Notes under the pieces: model-generated | Told to the model about the DNA's origin: nothing | Databases searched by the model: none | What the model saw: only the letters and a program-made list of their open reading frames with translations | From: Azolla caroliniana | Taxonomy: Eukaryota; Plantae; Polypodiophyta | Assembly (NCBI GenBank): GCA_043228905.1 | Contig: JBHGNT010000016.1 | Span: 3,844,001 to 3,908,000, forward strand | Direction of reading: 5' to 3' | DNA: 64,000 nucleotides | Translations under genes and position numbers: made by a program | Shown here: positions 57,061 to 64,000 of the stretch, in pieces | Position numbering within the stretch: position 1 is the stretch's first letter | Layout of the letters: the number at the start of each line of letters is the position of its first letter

Positions 57061-60000
57061 TCAAGTAACTACCACTAATTGTATGCAATGCTCTTGTTGA
57101 GCTTTGCCAAGACTTTTAGTGAGAATATCTGCAGGATTATCCTGTGTTTTGATCTTGGTCAATGTGACTAGACCATCCTCCAAAACTTGTCTGATAAAGT
57201 GATGTCACACATCAATGTGTTTGGTACGCGAATGAAACATGGCATTCTTAGCCAGGTACACAACACTCTGGCTATCACATCCTAACACAGGAGTACTAAC
57301 ACACATGCCAAGATTTTCAGCAAGTTTGCTGAGCCATATAGCTTCCTTTGAAGCTTCTGTAGCTGAAATATATTCAGCTTCAGTAGTACTCAGTGCTACA
57401 ATCTTTTGCAATTTGGAGCACCAAGACACTGCTCCACCAACAACTGTAAATATATACCCGCTAGTAAATTTACGTGTATCCAAGTCACCTGCCATGTCTA
57501 CATCACAATATCCCTGCAAACTTAATGCACCCTTCCCATAGCATAAACATTTTCTTTGTGTACCTTTAAGATACCTGAAAACACACTTGACAGCCTCCCA
57601 ATGTGCTTTGCCAGGATTAGACATATAGCAACTAACAACTCCTACTGCATAAGCAAATATCTAGACGAGTTGCTACCATAGTATACATTAGAGAACCACA
57701 TGATGATGCATAAGGAATTCCCTTCATAGCATTGACTTCCATCTCATCCTTTGGACAATTAGCCTTGCTAAGTTTAAGATATGACGGCAAAGGAACTCCA
57801 AGGGACTTTGCTTCTGTCATATTAAATCTGTTAAGCACTTTTTCAATGTACTTTCCTTGTGACAAAAACAACAATTTGTCCTCTCTGTGTCTACTGATTC
57901 TCATGCCCAAAATACGCTCTGCATTTCCCAAATCTTTCATAGAGAAGACCGATTTTAATAGATATTTTAGAGCATCAAGACTAGTCTTTCTTTTCCCAGC
58001 TAGCAACATATCATCCACATATAGAACAAGTATGATGGGACTGTCATCGATATCCTTTTTCGTGTATAAACAATGATCTGCATAGCTACGATCAAAGCCT
58101 TGAGAAAGCATAAAAGTATCAAACTTCTTATACCATTGTCGTGGTGCTTGGTTTAGGCCATACAAGCTACGTTTTAGTTTGCATACCAAATGCTCCTTGT
58201 TAGGATCTAAAAAACCCTCAGGTTGTTTCATGTAGATCTCTTCATCAATATCACCATGCAAAAATACGGTCTTCACATCCATTTGGTACAACTCCAAATT
58301 AAGCATTGCAGTGAGAGCAAATAGCACAAGAAGTGTGGTCATCTTCACAACAGGAGAGAAGACCTCTTGGAAGTCAATACCTTCCTTCTGTGCATAACCC
58401 TTGGCAACTAATCTTGCCTTGTATTTTGGTTTCCCTTCAATTTCCTTTACCTTATAAACCCGCTTATTTGGAAGAGCTTTCCTTCCTTCAGGTAAGGACA
58501 CAAGATCCCAAGTATCATTTGCATACAAAGATTTTATTTCTTCTTGCATTGCAAGCTCCCAGTTACTGCTAAGTTCACATGACATTGCCTCCTTATAAGT
58601 AAGAGGTTCACCCTCCTCTGATAGCATGACATAATGCAAAGAGGGGTCATATCTATATACGTGCCTCCTTGAACGATTAGACCTACATACCCAATCATCA
58701 GTATTTTCTGGGATTGGTTCTAAATCTGGAGGAAAATCAGTTTCAGCACTTTCTGGCTGTTGCAAACCATGTCCAAGAATGTTGTTCGACATCTATATTT
58801 TGTTCTTCAGTACCTTCATCTTGTTGACCAATACCTTCATGAACATCTCTTTGCTGTCCAACGTCTTCTAGCTCAAAGATAACCGATCGATCATCATATT
58901 CAGCCTTTGGTATAGCATCATGAGGTTTATTTTCAGATTTTGTGGATGGCTGTAATTGCTGAAATGTAACGCTCTTAGAGTTCCCAACAGAGGAACAATC
59001 AGCAATTTTTCTTCATTAAAAACAACATCCCGGCTGCGTACAAATTTTCTGGACTGAGGTAACCAAATCCTATAGCCCATTTCACCTTCATCACCATAGC
59101 CCATAAAAATGCCCATGGTGGACTTAGCATCGAGCTTATTTCTCAGCTCACTTCTAATGTGTACAAATGCATCACAACCGAAAATTCGTAAATGGTCATA
59201 TGAGGTTGGTTTGCCAGACCAAACCTCCTCAGGGATTCCATTCTTTAAGGACTTGTTGGGAGAACGATTACATTTATGAAATGCGGTTTTTAATGCTTCT
59301 CCCCAAAATTCACGAGGGAGATTAGTTGTGGACAGCATGCACCGTACTCGCTCACACAAGGTCCTATTATATCTTTCTGCCACCCCATTTGATGAAGGGT
59401 TATATGGAGCTGTAAGCTCTCTTTTAATACCATGTAAGTCACAATAAGACTTAAATTCTGCAGATGTAAACTCGCCCCCATTATCTGTTCTGAGACATTT
59501 CAGTTTTGTCCCTTTTTGGGTAGTCACAAATGCATGAAAAGATCTAAATGCATCACCTTTCTTTTTCATCAAGTACACCCAAATCTTCCTAGAATAATCA
59601 TCGATAAAGGAAATAAAATATGCACACCTCCCAAGGATTTTACAGGCATGCTACATACATCAGAATGCACCAAATCTAGCACATTTGGTTTACAGGAGAC
59701 ACCAAAATAATAAGAATCTCACTTGTTTGCCAAATAGACAATCATTACAAAAAATCAGCTTTGATCCTTTAACATCAAATCTTTTTAGAGCAAAAAGGAC
59801 TTCGAGTCCTTTTTGGCTCATATGTCCTAATCACTTATGCCAAAGCTCTAAATGAGAGTCAAATTCAGCAATAGCAAGAAACCTTCCAGGTAAAGCTTTA
59901 CATTGCAAATAGTACAGAGTGCCCTTTTTGCAACCTTTCACAATAACCATAGATCCTTTCTTTAGTTTCCACAATCCACCACCGAATAATGTGGTGTAAC

Positions 60001-61207
60001 CATGCAAATCCATCTGTCCTACATATAGCAAACTTTTCTTAATGCCAGGTACATACCTAACATCTTTGAGCACGAGCTCTTGACCATTATCCAAAGACAA
60101 GTGTATGGTTCCAATACCATCAATATTGCAAGCACTATTGTTACCAAGATAAACTTTTCCATAACTGCCCGCGTCAAATGTGGTAAAGCACTCCAAACAT
60201 GGAGTAACATGAAAAGAAGCCCCAGAGTCTACTATCCATGTCTGTGTCAATCCATCATCAATTGACAATAAAGCATCAATAACATCTGTTTTGGTGATTT
60301 GCATGTCTTGAACATGAGCTATGAAGGCATCACCTGTAATACAAAGTACATCACCATCTTCACCAGATAACATTTGAAGCCATATTAGCTTTCTCTGTTG
60401 TATTAAATTTATCATCTTTATTTTTCTTCTCTCCTACATTCTTCTTCCTTTCTAGTTCCATCTTCCAATATCTACAATCAGGTTTCTTATGACCTTTACG
60501 GCCACACTGATAGCATGTGATATCTTGTTGTTTTCCTTTCCCTCTACTCTTACTTCTATTTCTTTGTCCTACATTTGGGTTCCTCTTATCATATCTCCCC
60601 CTAATATTGTATGCTGAACCACTACCTTCTCCACTAGATTGTCTTCTAATCTCTTCACTGAGAATAGAGCCCCGCACACCATCGAAGGTCAAGGTGGGGC
60701 TATTAGATAGTGAAACAACTAATGTTTCCCACAAATCGGATAAAGTCATAAGTTGGATGATAGCTTTGAGCTTGTCATCAAAAGCTGGTAATCCTGAATC
60801 TTGTAGTTGGGAGAGAGTACATGTGAATAACGATAGATGCTCTGTTGCACCTTTCGACTCATCAAGCCTCATATTGACAAGTTTTCTCATCAAATGCACC
60901 TGATTCACAGGAGTAGTATTCTCGTAAGTTTTCTTAAGTTTCTCCCAAACTTGATGGGCAGTAATCAAGCCCTTTATATCTACAAGAATTTCATCAGAAA
61001 CAGCCATTTTAATATATGTAATGCTTTCTTATTCAGCGTGTTCCAAGCATCATTTTCCATGCTCTTTAGTTTCTTTTCCACGAGTGCATCTTCACAATCT
61101 CTCAGAAAGAGGATGCCCAGCATACGCTCTCTCCATAATTCGAAACCTTTTCCATCAAATCTCTTGATTTCAAAGAGGTTTTTCATTTCAGTTGAAGTGG
61201 AGGCCAT
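57061..61207 (-). pseudogene. Copia B gag-pol, disrupted by several frameshifts and stops
   Basis: Fragment ORFs 60980-61207, 60360-61007, 59831-60415, 58868-59578, 57632-58792 and 57205-57624 are each highly similar to the C polyprotein. Confidence 0.92.
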
Positions 61208-61760
61208 TTGCTCCCAAGATTTATGACAGATAGATGACTTCAGAAAATTGAGCCGAATACCAATAGGAAAGGGTCTGACAGATTTTTTTTTATTTTTTTT
61301 AAACTGTGTTTTCTGCTGATTCTGAATCTAAAAAATTACAGCAAAGCAAAGGAAGGAGATTTGGCTCTGATACCAGTTAAAGGTAAAGAGGGATGTTTGA
61401 GGGAGCGGCTATTGATTGCTATTTATTGATGACGTTCAATAAACAAGACTGTAGTAGAGATGAGAGTAGAGACAGATTTTAGGGTGTACCCAACCACCTT
61501 GATTGGTACACAAGAAAAAAAAGGTTATTATATTAGTTAATCCTACAAAGAAAGAGGTGTGTTCACATTACAAAAGGAGGTGTCCTATCCAGGTGAACAA
61601 TGTGTTCACATATACGAATAATTACCTAATTTGTGAATTACGGGCCTTTACACCTAACAGATCTCATCAAAATCAGCTCCATATTCCTGCTTGTATCCTT
61701 TTGCAACCAATCTTGCTTTGTACTTCGGCGAGGAATCAGAAATGACCTTCATTTTATAAA

Positions 61761-62074
61761 GGGAAAAGTACCAAGATACCACTAGAAGTTTGTCTATTTA
61801 CCAAAATGCCCCTGAAAGTTCCAAATTTACCAAACTCCCCCTATGTCCAAAAAATTACACTTTATAAAGTAATTATACACTCAAATCTACAAGCCCTATT
61901 TACCAAATATGGAAGAAATGGACCCGAACTAGCCCTATTTACCAAAGATTTGAGTGTATAATTACTTTATAAAGTGTAATTTTTTGGACATAGGGGTAGT
62001 TTGGTAAATTTGAAACTTCCAGGGGCATTCTAGTAAATAGACGAACTTCCAGGGGTATCCTGGTACTTTTCACC
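61761..62074. mobile_element. Mutator-like (MULE) foldback MITE, 314 bp, 9-bp TSD
   Basis: TSD TTTTATAAA at 61752-61760 and 62075-62083. Inverted arms of ~128 bp (GGGAAAAGTACCA...TCAAATCT / AGATTTGA...TGGTACTTTTCACC). Removal restores the Copia RT peptide KWVYKMKVIS. Confidence 0.9.
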
Positions 62075-62083
62075 TTTTATAAA

Positions 62084-64000
62084 CCCATTTGCATGGAAGT
62101 GTTTTCTGCCCTTTAGGCAACTACACCAAATCCCCCAAGTGTCATTTTTCTCAAGAGATTCCATCTCTGACTACATGGCTTTATACCATTTCTTGTTGTC
62201 CTGTCTGTCCATTGCTTCCCTGAAGCAAGACGGTTCGCCACAATCAGTCACCATGACATAATCAGCCACACTGTTTGCATCAGGAACAAATCTGTCAGGC
62301 TGTCTAGTAACTCTAGACGATCTCCTAACCCAATGCTCATTGTTTGGTAGCTGTTGAGCCTGCAAATTATCATTTTCAATTTGCAGTCCAGGCATTTCAG
62401 CCTGCAAATCAGCATCAACAGCTTGCTGTTCTAGCTGTTCCTGCATATTTGGTGGCTCATCATTATTGGCAAAGGCTGGCTGATCATTTCCAACCTCATT
62501 TTTTGCATTTGCAGGTAAGTTTACAGCAGGTGTTTGCTGCTGTACAGTGGGCACATTTTTCTGTCTAAAAGGTATTTCTTCTCAGAATACAACCCTTTGT
62601 ACTTCCTTGGTCTTTTCGGGTTGTTTATGCATGCGATTTTCCCAGAAGATAACATCACTGCTGCGTACTATTTTTCTTCTCTCGGGATCCCACAATCTAT
62701 ACCCCATTTCACCCTCGTCACTGTATCCTAGGAAAATACATTTGCAGGACTTTGGCTCAAGTTTGTTGCGTTCTTCTTTACGAATGTGCACAAAAGCCTC
62801 ACAGCCAAACGCTCTCAAGTGAGCAATAGGAAGGTGGCTTGCCCGACCACGCTTCTTGGGGTATTCCCCCTCCCAAAGACCTGTTAGGTGACCGATTAAT
62901 CAAGTGAACAGCTGTCATAACAGCCTCTGCCCAAAAACCATGGGGTAACGCAGCATGAGACAGGATAGTACAGACCTTATCTTGAATAGTCTGATTCATA
63001 CGCTCTGCAACTCCATTTTGGGGTGGATTATAAGAGGCAGTGAGTTCCCTCTTTATCCCTTTGCTGTCACAAAATGCTTGAAAAGCCTTGGACACATATT
63101 CCCCACCACTGTTAGAGCGAAGACACTTAAGTGTCTTATCAATTTGATTCTCAACTAATGCCAAAAATGTTCGAAACTTGTCAAGCACTTCATCCTTGCT
63201 ACGAATAGGGTAAACCCATACCTTCCGTGTAGCATCATCGACAAAAGTGACTAAGTATTTCTTTCCCCCTAATGATAGCCCTGGCATCTGACATACATCT
63301 GAATGTACTAACTCAAGCGGGGACGACTTCAGCGAAAGAGACTTTTTATGAGATGTTTGTACATGTTTACCATAAATGCAATGATCACAATGTTCAAAAT
63401 CAGCATAACGAAGACATGGCAAGTAACCCAAACGAGACAATACTTTCATACCAGTTTCACGCATGTCCCAACCGGCCATGCCACAAAGAAACACTAGGCT
63501 GCTCGGTTATGGCAACAACATGATCACTCACACTAGATATATGGAGAGGATACAAAGTATCACTTTTACTACCCTTGGCAATAACTCTAGATCCCTTACA
63601 AATCTTCCATTTACCATCACCAGAGGTGGTGTGAAATCCATCGTCATCTAGCTGTCCTGTGCTAATCAAGCTCTTCTTGAGCTGAGGTACATGCCGTACA
63701 TGCTGAAGTGTGAAAGCAGAACCATGCTGAAACTGTAATTGCACAATGCCAATACCTGCAATTTCACATGCATAGTTGTCCCCAAGATGGACAACACCAT
63801 GTCGACCCCCTGTGTAATCTGAAAACCACTCACAATGAGGGTTGACGTGAAAAGAAGCACCGGAATCGAGTATCCAAGTGTGCATGTCACCATCCATATC
63901 TGCAAGTAAAGCATGTTCTCTATGGCATGATGAAACAAAGAGTACATTTCCACTATCACTATCATGAGTGACTACATTCACCTCTTCAATTTTAGTATTG
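62084..64000 (-). pseudogene. Copia A protease-integrase region (frameshifted)
   Basis: ORFs 63457-63981 (WILDSGASFH..LWHGRLGH), 62799-63494 (LVHSDVC, NGVAER), 62582-62818 and 62171-62554. Confidence 0.88.

Larger units (their letters stand above)
51782..61659 (-). mobile_element. Ty1/Copia element B (middle layer), inserted in the RT of A; its 3' LTR is split by element C
   Basis: 5' LTR 61378-61659, tRNA-iMet PBS TGGTATCAGAGCC just inside it (61363-61375), broken gag-pol 57061-61207, PPT ~57031-57041, 3' LTR in two pieces 51782-51950 and 56858-57030. Confidence 0.92.
50183..64000 (-). mobile_element. Ty1/Copia element A (outer, oldest, degenerate); interrupted by B/C and a MITE; 5' part beyond the window
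   Basis: 3' LTR 50183-50406 (TGTTGGG...ACAACA on minus), PPT 50407-50417, RT/RNaseH 50524-51784; resumes at 61660 with RT N-terminus, integrase (62580-63490) and protease (WILDSGASFH ~63850-63880). The flanks rejoin in frame as ..GADFDEI|FSPVVKMTT. Confidence 0.92.

Noticed and set aside
52413-61745. Numerous plus-strand ORFs over the Copia elements
   Set aside because: Antisense shadows of pol/gag or LTR sequence; they recur only because B and C are paralogous.

Overview
Eukaryotic land-plant genomic DNA. GT-AG introns, long transposon-filled introns and CT/GA microsatellite-rich 5' ends suggest a large-genome plant such as a fern (inference only). Five spliced host genes are present: (1) a CLU/FRIENDLY clustered-mitochondria gene (-, runs off the left edge); (2) a 4-exon GH14 beta-amylase-like gene that appears to lack its second catalytic Glu (-); (3) an SC35-like (SCL) SR splicing factor (+) with a GAAG-rich candidate poison exon; (4) a CsgA/C-factor-like short-chain dehydrogenase (-); (5) the last exon of a SKIP14-like F-box gene (-). 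The right-hand 14 kb is a nest of Ty1/Copia elements: old element A was hit by a 314-bp Mutator-like foldback MITE and by element B, and the 3' LTR of B was then hit by a very young sister element C. The most unusual signal is that B and C have non-canonical TG...TA LTRs, and both integrations are precise at the U3 end but aberrant at the U5 end (no TSD for B; a 69-bp duplication plus a 22-bp LTR truncation for C). The remainder is LINE, Gypsy and Copia debris, tandem repeats and microsatellites. All coordinates were read by eye and could be off by a few bases.
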